From the IMG/VR virus record IMGVR_UViG_3300033148_003000: a DNA stretch of 64,000 nt; one strand, written 5' to 3'. This DNA is from an uncultured virus (IMG/VR IMGVR_UViG_3300033148_003000) (lineage: Duplodnaviria > Heunggongvirae > Uroviricota > Caudoviricetes). This document shows positions 29,537 through 39,253 of the stretch, piece after piece; the first letter of the stretch is position 1, and each line of letters starts with the position of its first letter. Made by a program: the position numbers and the translations under genes. Under the pieces are notes generated by a model. It worked only from the letters and a program-made list of their open reading frames with translations, made no database searches and had not been told where the DNA came from.

Positions 29537-29794
29537 TTACCAAGTTGATATATCAAATGTCAAATCTTTTTCCTGTTCCTGTTCTTTAAAGACATTCCAT
29601 GTTTTGCGGTTAACTATACCTGTGATTTTATTGTAACCCTTTGTAGCAACAACAACAACGTCATTGTTGAACAGAATTGTAATAGGTGTTAAGTTATAAC
29701 CTTCTTTTGATAGTTCTGTTATAGGAAGTATGTTATTCATTTGAACCTTCTTTCTGGCCTGTTGGCCTGTTTTGTACTTTGTTCGTATACTCAT
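29537..29794 (-). CDS. Hypothetical protein
   Basis: ORF track. Confidence 0.55.
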   Translation of the reverse strand: MSIRTKYKTGQQARKKVQMNNILPITELSKEGYNLTPITILFNNDVVVVATKGYNKITGIVNRKTWNVFKEQEQEKDLTFDISTW

Positions 29795-30089
29795 TATAAC
29801 AAAATTTGACCATGATTACATTACCCAAAAGAGTAGTATTTATTAATATTTTCTATTAACCTATCGACTAATATTCAGAAATTTGTAGTATTGATATAAT
29901 TTACTACACAAATAAATGAGTATTCAGATAATTTAGTAATCATTACTTTGTAGTATTGAAATAATTTAGTAAACAATTTGTTGTGTAGTATAGATAATGT
30001 TCACTTGACACTAAGGTATCTTAGTGTATACCGAACAATAACCTTAATGTATAGTGTACACTTAACACCAACTATTTCTAAAAATTGAC

Positions 30090-30144
30090 TTAGTAGTAAA
30101 AGTGGTACCATGCAAAAATCAACTTAGTAGTGATTTTGGTACCA
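30090..30144. repeat. TTAGWA-N7-TGGTACCA tandem, cluster 1 (2 copies)
   Basis: Copies at 30090 and 30124. Confidence 0.75.
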
Positions 30145-30242
30145 TGCAAACTGGTCAATAACTGCCATGGCATGGATAATAATACACTAAACAGTCTATA
30201 TACACTATATATCATTAACTATAAGAACGATTAATTAACCTT

Positions 30243-30366
30243 CGCTTATATGCGTCTATATTAACATGTATATGTTACATGGTATGTTGTTACCTAAACA
30301 TGTTGTTAAACTTTACCAGAGACCTACAAACATCATTTAAAGACCTTTATCATATATGTGTAAAGT
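30243..30366. repeat. ~125-bp dispersed element, copy 1
   Basis: Ungapped similarity to 31510-31632 and ~37059-37149. Confidence 0.75.
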
Positions 30367-30439
30367 TAAATAAATATAAAATACTTAAAAATTGTTTTAA
30401 ATTTCTTATTAGAATTGCAAAGTTTTTAAATTTTTATTT

Positions 30440-30545
30440 AATAGCCTGGGACTATTAAAAGCCTGGGACTATTTAAAACAACGATTTCTAAAACAATAGT
30501 CTGGGACTATTAAAAAGACTATCACAAAATATTAACCAGGCTATA
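30440..30545. repeat. AATAGCCTGGG motif cluster
   Basis: Three direct copies of (A)GYCTGGGACTAT and one inverted partial copy. Confidence 0.7.
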
Positions 30546-30550
30546 AAAAT

Positions 30551-30570
30551 AACCCGCTAAATTAGCGGGT
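30551..30570 (-). terminator. Intrinsic terminator
   Basis: ACCCGCTAA T TTAGCGGGT then TATTTTT on minus strand. Confidence 0.7.
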
Positions 30571-30626
30571 ATAGATTATATTACCACTTAGGAGGTGTAT
30601 CAAAAATGAAGTTACTATTATTGATA

Positions 30627-31148
30627 CTATTTTTTTAAATAATGATAAAAATCATCGATGATTTCCAGACCAAACTCATTCATAAAGAATGCGTAATTTT
30701 CTAACTGTTCAAACCAGAAATTTGCACCTGTAGTTTCACCATTGATTATATTTTCAATGGTTTTATTTAAAATTTGTAGAAATATGTGTAAATATCCTTT
30801 GTTAATTTCATCATGTTTATATACACTATCAATGAGAACATCAACAGTAGTGTATACATCTTTAAGTTTATCAAGTGAAATGTTCTCATTTAAATAAACA
30901 TCACCTTCATTTATGAAGTCTATACCTACACATTTATCATCACCACATTCAAATTTAGCTCCAATTGGTTTTAAGTCTACATCAAAAATTTTACAGTCTA
31001 ATTGTGTAGCAAACTCATTATCTAGATCAAACCTATCTTGATCTATTAAATCCTTTGCATCTTTAAGCAATAAATAAGTTATACTTCTTAAATCCTTCAA
31101 TGCAAGGATTTTGTTTTCTTTTCCATACGGTGTTAATTGTACTTTCAT
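30627..31148 (-). CDS. Protein with N-terminal ribosomal L7/L12 CTD-like domain
   Basis: NKILALKDLRSITYLLLKDAKDLID resembles the L7/L12 KIxVIKxVRxITGLGLKEAKDLVE motif. Confidence 0.6.
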   Translation of the reverse strand: MKVQLTPYGKENKILALKDLRSITYLLLKDAKDLIDQDRFDLDNEFATQLDCKIFDVDLKPIGAKFECGDDKCVGIDFINEGDVYLNENISLDKLKDVYTTVDVLIDSVYKHDEINKGYLHIFLQILNKTIENIINGETTGANFWFEQLENYAFFMNEFGLEIIDDFYHYLKK

Positions 31149-31180
31149 GTTTAATACCTCCTAAAAATGTGTAATTTACA

Positions 31181-31363
31181 TTAATCCACAATGAAATATT
31201 TTGTGCATAATTGTTTAGCAAAATTATCCTCTAGATCAAATATACGTTTATCTATTAAATTAAGCCCATCTCTTAAAGATAATCCTGTTATATTTCTTAG
31301 ATTTCTTAATGCTTCTATTCTATTTTCTTTTTCATGTTTATATTCAATTAATTTAACTAACAT
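31181..31363 (-). CDS. Ribosomal L7/L12 CTD-like protein (tandem paralogue)
   Basis: NRIEALRNLRNITGLSLRDGLNLID. Confidence 0.6.
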   Translation of the reverse strand: MLVKLIEYKHEKENRIEALRNLRNITGLSLRDGLNLIDKRIFDLEDNFAKQLCTKYFIVD

Positions 31364-31509
31364 TTAAATTACCTCCTAAAATGTGTACTTCTTGTTTATC
31401 TTCTCCTATAATAACACCTTTTATTTGTAATAGCCTGAGTATTTTCACTCATATACATATACATGACTATTTACATATACATGACTACAAATAACTATTT
31501 TATTTATAT

Positions 31510-31632
31510 CGCTCATATGGTCTTATTTTCATATTTATATATTACATGGTACGATATTACCATGTAGATAGTTAATGTTTTACTAGAACCCTGGAAATGT
31601 CATTTAAAGACATTTTAAATATATCTGTAAAG
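31510..31632. repeat. ~125-bp dispersed element, copy 2
   Basis: Core TACATGGTA-cgatat-TACCATGTA. Confidence 0.7.
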
Positions 31633-33280
31633 CTATGTTAATTTAAAGATTACTCAACAAATAAATAACTAACGTATATGTAAATGAGTGTTTTTACTCA
31701 GGTTATCGACGGTTATTCATGGTATAATAGGTATATAAGCAGGTTAAAGACAACAAAGTTTTAAACAAGTTTTCACCCAATAATAGAAAGTTAATATTAC
31801 TCGGTAACATGTAATATAAACAACCAAGCATTATATAAAATTGGTTAAGAAATCGTTACAGAAGAATTTCTAAAAAACAGAAATATTGTTCTATAAATAT
31901 TGTTCCAGTAATCTATTGTTCGTTATTAAGGATTTTAACTTTAGATATTCACAAGTATTGTATCTAAAAGTAACTAAATGTTAACTAAATGATTGAATTG
32001 TTAAGACATTTTGCCAAATTTTGGCAATTTTTCTTTAAATTTACGAACAATTAAAACATTTTAAGCAATAAAACAGTGAAGATAACTACTATGAGGGTAT
32101 TTATGTTAATCGTAAATTGTGTTGTTCGCTGAACATGTTATATTATAAAGTGTTTAAACTACAATAATAAATATTTATTTCTGATTAACAGAAATATTGC
32201 AGTTAGTATTTCCGATAATCAGAAACGCCAGAATACATATCTTTTTTTCAGTATTGTGGACTAAGAAAAGTTTTTGAGGAATATCGTTTTTGAATTATTT
32301 GTTAAGTATTATTTGTTAAGTATTACTAAAAAAAAAAAATATTTCTTAATAATTCCTTAAATAATTGTTTAAAAATTTTTCTAAAGATTTGGGCAATTTT
32401 TGTTTATTTATTTATTTATTTATTTATTTACTTTTTATTCTTATTGTTTATTTTTTTTTAATTTTGTTTTTCATTACTCTATTATATAATTATACATACG
32501 TTAGTATGTAATAATATAAACCCTTTAATATTACATGTACATGTAATATATATTATATAATATAAAGGGGTATTTTTGGATAAACGGCAAAATCTGAGTT
32601 ATCAATGGTTATACTTAGTAAACGATACTTGATTACATTTTTTGTAGGATTATTTGTCTTATTAACAATTGTTAATAATTGTTAATTGGTAAAGAAATAT
32701 TGAATAAGTAATATAAATATAAACACCAAAATGTAACCTTGATATTACTTAAGGTTAACTATTATTAATAATAATAAGAAAAATCCACCTATATTTAAAT
32801 ATAAGTGACTCCTACGGAGTTATCATCATTGGTCAGTTATAAAATAATTTTAAGTTATTGTTTAAAAATTGAAATTAACTCAAAATTGCTGCAAAGGATA
32901 ATAATCTAGTGTAAAGAACGTAATATTTGCTTCTGTTTAGGGTCCATTGTTCAAAGTAGCAACGATCTAATTTTAAACTCACATCACCTTATCACGGTGT
33001 AGTTGAGATGTCGGATTATGTCTTTTAACACATCTAAGGCTTTACAAAGATTTGATTAAGAGGTGTTATCTACTAATACATAGACCTGGTACACGTTTAC
33101 ATTTCTTAGACTCAAAGATTACTCAATAATGGGACTCAATTTTAAACCCTACTGTTACTAATAAATTTTATCCTTCATATATACTAAAACAGGTGTTTTA
33201 GGTGTTTAAGTAATGATACCTTATTGTTAAACCCTAAAATGATGTTACAAAAACTCCTACCCAAAAGTAAGAAGAAATAT

Positions 33281-33417
33281 AAAGATAGCCCTAAAGGGCT
33301 AGTATAAATTAAATTGATAAGTAGGTACCATTTGGTAAGATATTACTTGTTATTAACCCTAAAATAACAATATTTCATCATAAAAGATAGCCCTTTAGGG
33401 CTAGTATAAATTAAATT
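33281..33417. repeat. Two 35-bp palindromic direct repeats separated by 67 bp
   Basis: AAAGATAGCCCT(AA/TT)AGGGCTAGTATAAATTAAATT at 33281 and 33383. Confidence 0.8.
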
Positions 33418-33434
33418 AATATATTATAAATTAT

Positions 33435-33557
33435 CTTATATTTTAGATTTTATAATATAAGATAACTTATATTTTAGATTTTATAATATAAGTTAAATTA
33501 AGTTGAATTATCTTATATTTTAGATTTTATAATATAAGTTATCTTATATTTTAGATT
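33435..33557. repeat. 27-bp iteron-like tandem repeats (3 full, 1 partial); candidate replication origin
   Basis: CTTATATTTTAGATTTTATAATATAAG at 33435, 33466, 33512; partial at 33543. Confidence 0.75.
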
Positions 33558-33803
33558 CTTAAATATAATATTACCATGTTAGGTTAATACAAATTCAATT
33601 ATTATGTTTACTAACCAATATTGGTTAGTGTAATTCCTGTAAAGACTACTTATTGTTAAGTTTTGTAACAATTTTTTTTTTAAAATCGTCGAAAGGTGGA
33701 TGAAATCTAACTATCTACACAGTCAACAAACCTTTAATCAAACCTTCAAACCTTTTACAGTCTTTTAGAAATTAAGGTTTATATTTAGATCTATTTAATC
33801 AAA

Positions 33804-33846
33804 GTGTACAGATTTGTGTACGTGTACAGATTTGTGTACAGGTTTG
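33804..33846. repeat. GTGTACAGATTT short tandem repeat
   Basis: GTGTAC four times; GTGTACAGRTTTGT three times. Confidence 0.65.
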
Positions 33847-33891
33847 TAACTTAACAACTAAACGACTAATTTAGCCGTTTAAGTGTGTAGG

Positions 33892-34194
33892 TTAATCGTC
33901 ATCAAAGTCGTTATTTAGTGATGTCATTGTTAACACTTCCAGTCTTACACCAAAAATAAACAGCTCTATTGCTGCCATAACAGTTGACAATGAGTATAAA
34001 CCTTTTGAATATAAATACACCCCAATAGGTGTACTTTCCCTTAAATCGTTGTAGCTAAATCTATAGACATCATTCAAATACGGTCTATAAATTTCACCAT
34101 TTGAGATGTCTTTCAAATTGAGTTTTTCTCTTTTAACTTGGTTTAATTTAAAATATTGTTTAAAATATTGTTTAACTTGTCCTAATAAAACCAT
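33892..34194 (-). CDS. Hypothetical protein
   Basis: AGGAG RBS. Confidence 0.6.
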   Translation of the reverse strand: MVLLGQVKQYFKQYFKLNQVKREKLNLKDISNGEIYRPYLNDVYRFSYNDLRESTPIGVYLYSKGLYSLSTVMAAIELFIFGVRLEVLTMTSLNNDFDDD

Positions 34195-34261
34195 TTGTTA
34201 CTCCTATATTGTGTAAATTAATCATTATTAACTGTTAAAACCTGTTTTAGACTGTTTCAAG

Positions 34262-34498
34262 CTACTTTAAATTAACTCGGTATTGACTTGTTTGAGTCTT
34301 ATCCCTATGAATCGACAATATCTCAATATCGTTATCTCTTAAAGTTTTAATCTGTGTACCCGATATTACAATCCCAACAAGATTTGAAGAACAAAAAGGT
34401 ACCGTTTTTGGATTTAACGTAGTTAAAGCCTTCATATAGTTCATTACCCTTGTAAGTGACTCAGTTGTGTCTAAGGTTGTGTTTATTGTTTTACTCAT
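34262..34498 (-). CDS. Hypothetical protein
   Basis: AGGAG RBS. Confidence 0.6.
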   Translation of the reverse strand: MSKTINTTLDTTESLTRVMNYMKALTTLNPKTVPFCSSNLVGIVISGTQIKTLRDNDIEILSIHRDKTQTSQYRVNLK

Positions 34499-34541
34499 TT
34501 GATTACTCCTATATTATGTATACTACTTTTTTGTTGGTAAT

Positions 34542-35012
34542 TTAAATTATTACATCCTGTTCTTTTTGTATTATTACTTTTCCTAATATATCTAAATAAT
34601 GTTCTTTTCCACCTGTAAATTTACCGTAAATATTCCAAATATTCCAATCTTTATCTTTTAATTCACCTTTTTTATTTCTTTTTTGCAAATATCCTGAACA
34701 ACTAAAGGTTGCTGGTTTATCTTCAATCTCAAAAATTCTAACAATTCTACTATTTCTAGTTTTATAATACCCTGTTTCATTAATGACTATGTTTTTTCTT
34801 TTTATATCAATTAATTTCTTACTTGTTACTGGAATAACACCATAATAAGCACAATATTCTTTGAAAGTGTTAAATCTTTTTTGACAATGAGGAGTATTGT
34901 AATCTTTTTTTAACCAATTTTTATCAACATAATTAATATTGTTTACTGTAATAGAACCTTCTTGTTTAATTTTCTTTTCTAATATTTTATTAGTTATTGT
35001 AATATTACTCAT
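34542..35012 (-). CDS. Hypothetical protein
   Basis: GAGG RBS; YKTRN..VRI..W...G pattern in C-terminal half. Confidence 0.6.
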   Translation of the reverse strand: MSNITITNKILEKKIKQEGSITVNNINYVDKNWLKKDYNTPHCQKRFNTFKEYCAYYGVIPVTSKKLIDIKRKNIVINETGYYKTRNSRIVRIFEIEDKPATFSCSGYLQKRNKKGELKDKDWNIWNIYGKFTGGKEHYLDILGKVIIQKEQDVII

Positions 35013-35021
35013 TTTTACCTC

Positions 35022-35228
35022 CTATTTTGTGTAATGTTTTGTGTAATACCCAGAAAGATAGCAATAAATATCCCTCCAACTATCAGTATTGAAATGTGTT
35101 TGTTGCACAACTTTGCAATTGTCAACCTGTAACAATGTCAAGTTTAATTTTTTTGCAAGTAATTGAGCACGTTCTTTGTATTTGAAATATTTGGTGTTTT
35201 TGGTGTTTTTGGTGTTAATATTATCCAT
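35022..35228 (-). CDS. Hypothetical protein
   Basis: GGAGG RBS. Confidence 0.55.
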   Translation of the reverse strand: MDNINTKNTKNTKYFKYKERAQLLAKKLNLTLLQVDNCKVVQQTHFNTDSWRDIYCYLSGYYTKHYTK

Positions 35229-35660
35229 TTAAACCTCCATTTTGTCAATTGCTGGAAATGTTAAAAATTGATAATTTTCCACCTTTTTAGGTATTTTACT
35301 TAATTCACAAATTAAAAAACCTTCTTTGATTTGTTGTAAACTGTTTTTGTCGTTTTTATTAAGTGTGAAAGTAATTTTATATTGATTGTGATATGCGACC
35401 AATGAGGTTGATTTTAATTCATTAGTTAAGTGACTCCAAGAGTCATCATTACTCATTTGTTTCAATTCTTCAATTATACCCATTTCAGATATAACGCCAC
35501 TAAGAACGTTTTCATGTTCTAGATTGATGATTCTCAAATCATATTTCAACTTTTTAATTTTGTAGTATTTCAATTCATTATGAATACTAAAATTATCAAT
35601 GTTTCTAAATAATAAAGACATATTAAGTATTTCATCAACAGTTATTTCAGTATTTTGCAT
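35229..35660 (-). CDS. Hypothetical protein carrying a 27-bp in-frame micro-insertion
   Basis: ORF; insertion at 35419-35451. Confidence 0.6.
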   Translation of the reverse strand: MQNTEITVDEILNMSLLFRNIDNFSIHNELKYYKIKKLKYDLRIINLEHENVLSGVISEMGIIEELKQMSNDDSWSHLTNELKSTSLVAYHNQYKITFTLNKNDKNSLQQIKEGFLICELSKIPKKVENYQFLTFPAIDKMEV

Positions 35661-35671
35661 TTTTAATTCCT

Positions 35672-35866
35672 TTATAATTCCTTTATAATTTTACAAATTT
35701 CTTTTCTCATCTCATCCATTTTATGAGATATTTTAAATTTTTCAGTCTGACAAGTAACATAACTTACTTGTCCTAAATATTTGTGACATTTCAATAACAA
35801 TGTTTCTAAATGCGAAAGTTGATTCTCATTATTGGGATTTTTACCAATATATTTTAATATCCCCAT
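35672..35866 (-). CDS. Hypothetical protein
   Basis: ORF in operon. Confidence 0.55.
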   Translation of the reverse strand: MGILKYIGKNPNNENQLSHLETLLLKCHKYLGQVSYVTCQTEKFKISHKMDEMRKEICKIIKEL

Positions 35867-35868
35867 TT

Positions 35869-36186
35869 TTACACCTTTCTTAATCTTTTAGCTTCTTTGA
35901 TGTTTTTTTTCAAAAACAGTTTTCTAGTTTTCAGGTTCCAGTACTCCACAAAGTTATCAATTGAGTAGATTTGATCTTTTGAATAAATGTCGTTAAAATC
36001 ATACCCTTCTTTGGGATTACCCCAAAATTCACATTCACAAAGTGTAGGTACGTGATTATTACTTAATGAATGAGCAATATTGATTATTTCAGAATTTAAC
36101 CAGTCTTTTTTAATTTTCAGATTATCGGTATTATGTAAATTATCTGAAATATCTTCTTTGTATTCAATATTAAACCCTATTGCCAT
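35869..36186 (-). CDS. Hypothetical protein
   Basis: GGAGG RBS. Confidence 0.6.
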   Translation of the reverse strand: MAIGFNIEYKEDISDNLHNTDNLKIKKDWLNSEIINIAHSLSNNHVPTLCECEFWGNPKEGYDFNDIYSKDQIYSIDNFVEYWNLKTRKLFLKKNIKEAKRLRKV

Positions 36187-36397
36187 TATTTACCTCCATA
36201 TTTTCCTTTAAAAATTCAATTAATTTTTTACATTTTAGAATTGAACCATTTTCATTGTCAATTCTAACAAGTATTTTTAATAAATTTAACTCAGAAGGCT
36301 CATTATGAAAAAGGTTAAAACCCTCCTCAATATTTTCTAATTTTTGTAATTTTTTGTTAATATGTATATGTTTTAACATACCAATAATGTTATTCAT
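36170..36397 (-). CDS. Hypothetical protein
   Basis: GGAG RBS. Confidence 0.55.
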   Translation of the reverse strand: MNNIIGMLKHIHINKKLQKLENIEEGFNLFHNEPSELNLLKILVRIDNENGSILKCKKLIEFLKENMEVNNGNRV

Positions 36398-36448
36398 GTT
36401 TTTAACTCCATTAACTGTAATTAACTGTATTTCTTTAACCTTTCTTAA

Positions 36449-36763
36449 TTACCTATTACTTTGCATAGTCATGAAACAAACATGACCATGATGCTTAAAC
36501 CACAAATATTTATTTGTAAATGGTATATTAAACGACACACCATTCACACTATTTTTATATTGATTGAAATAATATGATTCTAATTTAATTGTAAAACCAA
36601 AGGTGATAACTCCAGTATGGAAATCAATATTTATACTTGAATTTAATATTTTGTTTACATGATTCAAAACAAATTGAATCTTTTTATTTTGCATATAAGG
36701 TATTTTAGATTTTATAATGTATTTATTTTCTTGTAAAAATATAACAATATTTCTTAAATTCAT
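36449..36763 (-). CDS. Hypothetical protein
   Basis: AAAGG RBS. Confidence 0.55.
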   Translation of the reverse strand: MNLRNIVIFLQENKYIIKSKIPYMQNKKIQFVLNHVNKILNSSINIDFHTGVITFGFTIKLESYYFNQYKNSVNGVSFNIPFTNKYLWFKHHGHVCFMTMQSNR

Positions 36764-37058
36764 TTTTTTAACCTTTCTGTTTAATGTACCTCTTTAACTG
36801 TTCTCATGTTATCATTTCCACATTGAAAAATAAACCCTTTTATGATAGAACCTTTAATATAACTTAACAACGACGTTAACACGTTCCAGTTAACTATTTT
36901 CAGGTCAATAATTAAAAAAATTCACAAATTAATTTTCTCAAAAATTTAAACTTTTTGACTATGATTAGGTATACAGTCATAATTAAATTAAGAATGGTTT
37001 AATCATCAACAATAATTGGATTCATAATATTTACTCCTCTTAGATTGTAAAACAACTT

Positions 37059-37149
37059 CTCTTAGAAAGGGCTATTTTGCAATTATTTATTTACATGGTG
37101 TATTATTACCTAAACATACTGTTAAACTTTACCAGTGACCTACAAACAT
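37059..37149. repeat. ~125-bp dispersed element, copy 3 (truncated)
   Basis: 37091-37149 matches 30275-30333 at 53/59 nt with no gaps. Confidence 0.75.
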
Positions 37150-37426
37150 TAAATCCGTCGATGTTTGTTGAAAGTCTTCTGAGAGTAATTATAGATATTA
37201 TATATTACATTTTACATATATACACTATTATTATTATTCAATATTTAATTATATGTATAGTATACCAAAAATTTACTAAACATTTAAATAAGTATTGGAA
37301 TAATTTACTAAACAAACATTTAATATACACAAATAAATGACTACACAAGTAATTGAGTAGTCAAATTTTTGGTGTATCTAAATATTGTCTATAAATTCAA
37401 TTTAAAAATAAAATCAATAAATTGTC

Positions 37427-37490
37427 TTAGAACCGAAGGTGGTACCAATTTTTTTAGCAATAAATTGTCTTAGAAGTAAAGTTGGTACCA
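37427..37490. repeat. TTAGAA-N7-TGGTACCA tandem, cluster 2 (2 copies, 43-bp period)
   Basis: Copies at 37427 and 37470. Confidence 0.75.
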
Positions 37491-37511
37491 AAATTTTGGG
37501 TTAAATTAAGT

Positions 37512-37664
37512 TTACTTATTACCTTTACTTTTGATGTGTTCTTTGAGTTGTTGTTTCAATTTATGATCAAGTTGTTGAACTTTGTTATAAAGTTTTTCAC
37601 TAAATATGTAGCATGTAACTAAACATTCTGCTACATGGTCTAAAAATCTATCATACTTATTCAT
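37512..37664 (-). CDS. Hypothetical protein (50 aa, not in ORF track)
   Basis: AGAAAGG RBS, own promoter; MNKYDRFLDHVAECLVTCYIFSEKLY.. Confidence 0.6.
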   Translation of the reverse strand: MNKYDRFLDHVAECLVTCYIFSEKLYNKVQQLDHKLKQQLKEHIKSKGNK

Positions 37665-37707
37665 GTTTAGCCTTTCTTTTAAGTGTGTTGTATTAACTGT
37701 TATCTAT

Positions 37708-37736
37708 ATGATAACACCTATACATATACATGTCAA
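37708..37736 (-). promoter_or_regulatory. Early-type sigma70 promoter
   Basis: TTGACA-17-TATCAT with upstream GTAAAC box. Confidence 0.75.
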
Positions 37737-37902
37737 GTACTCTAAAGAAACTGTTTACAAATTGTTGCATGTAATTATTGTGTTGATAATTTCTAAAACA
37801 ATAGCTTGGGGGTATTTGGTGGAGAGGGTGTATTTAAAACCCTAAACAATAGTTAAGGGGTAATTGTTTAATATTAACCCTAAATAAAAACCCTAAATAA
37901 AA

Positions 37903-37931
37903 ACCCTAAATATTAAACAATATTTAGGGTT
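37903..37931 (-). terminator. Intrinsic terminator
   Basis: AACCCTAAATATT..AATATTTAGGGTT followed by T-run on minus strand. Confidence 0.65.
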
Positions 37932-37993
37932 GTACTTACTTCAAACAAAGACAAAAAGTTCAATTAAGTACTTAATATTTAGTGCCTATTATT

Positions 37994-38022
37994 ATATTAT
38001 CATAAATTTAATTGATTGTCAA
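37994..38022 (-). promoter_or_regulatory. Early-type sigma70 promoter
   Basis: TTGACA-17-TAATAT (extended TG) with upstream GTAAACAATTTACCAAA. Confidence 0.65.
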
Positions 38023-38044
38023 GTGTTTTTGGTAAATTGTTTAC

Positions 38045-38302
38045 TTAACTTAACTTAATAATACTATTTGCTTCAACTTGAGTCATATTGAATGTTTCTT
38101 CTGCATAATATCCACAAGAACACTCATTAGAACCTTGTTGGTGAAATCCTTTCCAATTACCAACGCCAAATTTTGTATTTAATTCATCTACATATTCATC
38201 AAGTGTTGAAGTGTATTCAATATCATAAAACTCTTCATCTATTTCTTTACCTTCGAGTGTAAAAGCTCTTAATTCACCTGTGAAGTTATAATCCATACTC
38301 AT
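38045..38302 (-). CDS. Hypothetical protein
   Basis: AAAGG RBS; acidic. Confidence 0.6.
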   Translation of the reverse strand: MSMDYNFTGELRAFTLEGKEIDEEFYDIEYTSTLDEYVDELNTKFGVGNWKGFHQQGSNECSCGYYAEETFNMTQVEANSIIKLS

Positions 38303-38357
38303 GTTGTTTACCTTTCTTGTTTGTGTACTTTACATTTTTTATATCAATGTTAACATT

Positions 38358-38792
38358 TTAATACGGTTTAAGTATACCTAAATTATAGTGTATATACATA
38401 TTATTTAAATCGTTATACTCAATTTCTTTTTTACCTAAATGTTTCATTTCATTACATACACATGATCTTAAAACCAACAAATCAATTAAGTTAATAACAA
38501 AAAGCGCAAATTGTTTGCTTGTATGTAATCTAACCTTTATAATAAAATCTTTCACTTTTTGATCAACACCTTTAGGGATTTTACCCCAATATCGGGTAAT
38601 ACCTAATTCAATTTGTGACGTTTCTTCTACATCAATTGTTAAATCCTGTAAATCAATTGCAAAATCAGGATTAGGAACCAAAGTAATTATTTTACCTTTT
38701 TGATTAAATTTCAATATTTTTCCTGTACAATTGATTAAATGTGTATGTAAATCGCAATTTAGTAAATTACATTTTAATGGCTGTTTAATCAT
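38358..38792 (-). CDS. Hypothetical protein
   Basis: GAGG RBS. Confidence 0.6.
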   Translation of the reverse strand: MIKQPLKCNLLNCDLHTHLINCTGKILKFNQKGKIITLVPNPDFAIDLQDLTIDVEETSQIELGITRYWGKIPKGVDQKVKDFIIKVRLHTSKQFALFVINLIDLLVLRSCVCNEMKHLGKKEIEYNDLNNMYIHYNLGILKPY

Positions 38793-38804
38793 ATTTAACC
38801 TCTT

Positions 38805-39158
38805 TTAAATGGTTATAAACGGTAAATAATAGTTATGGTACTTTTGTAAACAATTTATTGTTTCATCAATCCATGGTGTTTTAATATGTAAATGACACTG
38901 ATCAAGTTTTTCTGTTTCCTCATTTTTTAAGTAAAAACTATACCTTATATAATCTTTAATTGGTTTATCTTGTTGTAAATAATATTCTTTCGTTATTTTA
39001 TCAACCATAACCGCATAACTCCACCTAATATTGTCTTTAACATTGCCCTTGTCTTTGGTAAATACTAAACAATTATCATCACATACATCTAATTTAAGTT
39101 TAAAACCATATTTAGTAAAATATTCAATAATTGTTTTATTTAATGGGGTTTCTAACAT
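38805..39158 (-). CDS. Hypothetical protein
   Basis: GAGGAGG RBS. Confidence 0.6.
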   Translation of the reverse strand: MLETPLNKTIIEYFTKYGFKLKLDVCDDNCLVFTKDKGNVKDNIRWSYAVMVDKITKEYYLQQDKPIKDYIRYSFYLKNEETEKLDQCHLHIKTPWIDETINCLQKYHNYYLPFITI

Positions 39159-39253
39159 TTAATAATCCTCCTCAGTAATATTACACAACTCTTTAAATAT
39201 TTCCACAATTTCATCTTTAGACGTTGTTAAAATGTTGAACAATGTACGGTCTT

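Noticed and set aside
33281..33417. Bona fide CRISPR mini-array
   Set aside because: Only two repeats, 67-bp gap, and the gap shares AACCCTAAAAT with sequence upstream of the first repeat, consistent with local duplication; kept only as a weak finding.
34455..34470. AAGTGACTCAG as a further micro-insertion copy
   Set aside because: Only the AGTCACTTA half matches; no hairpin or flanking direct repeat.
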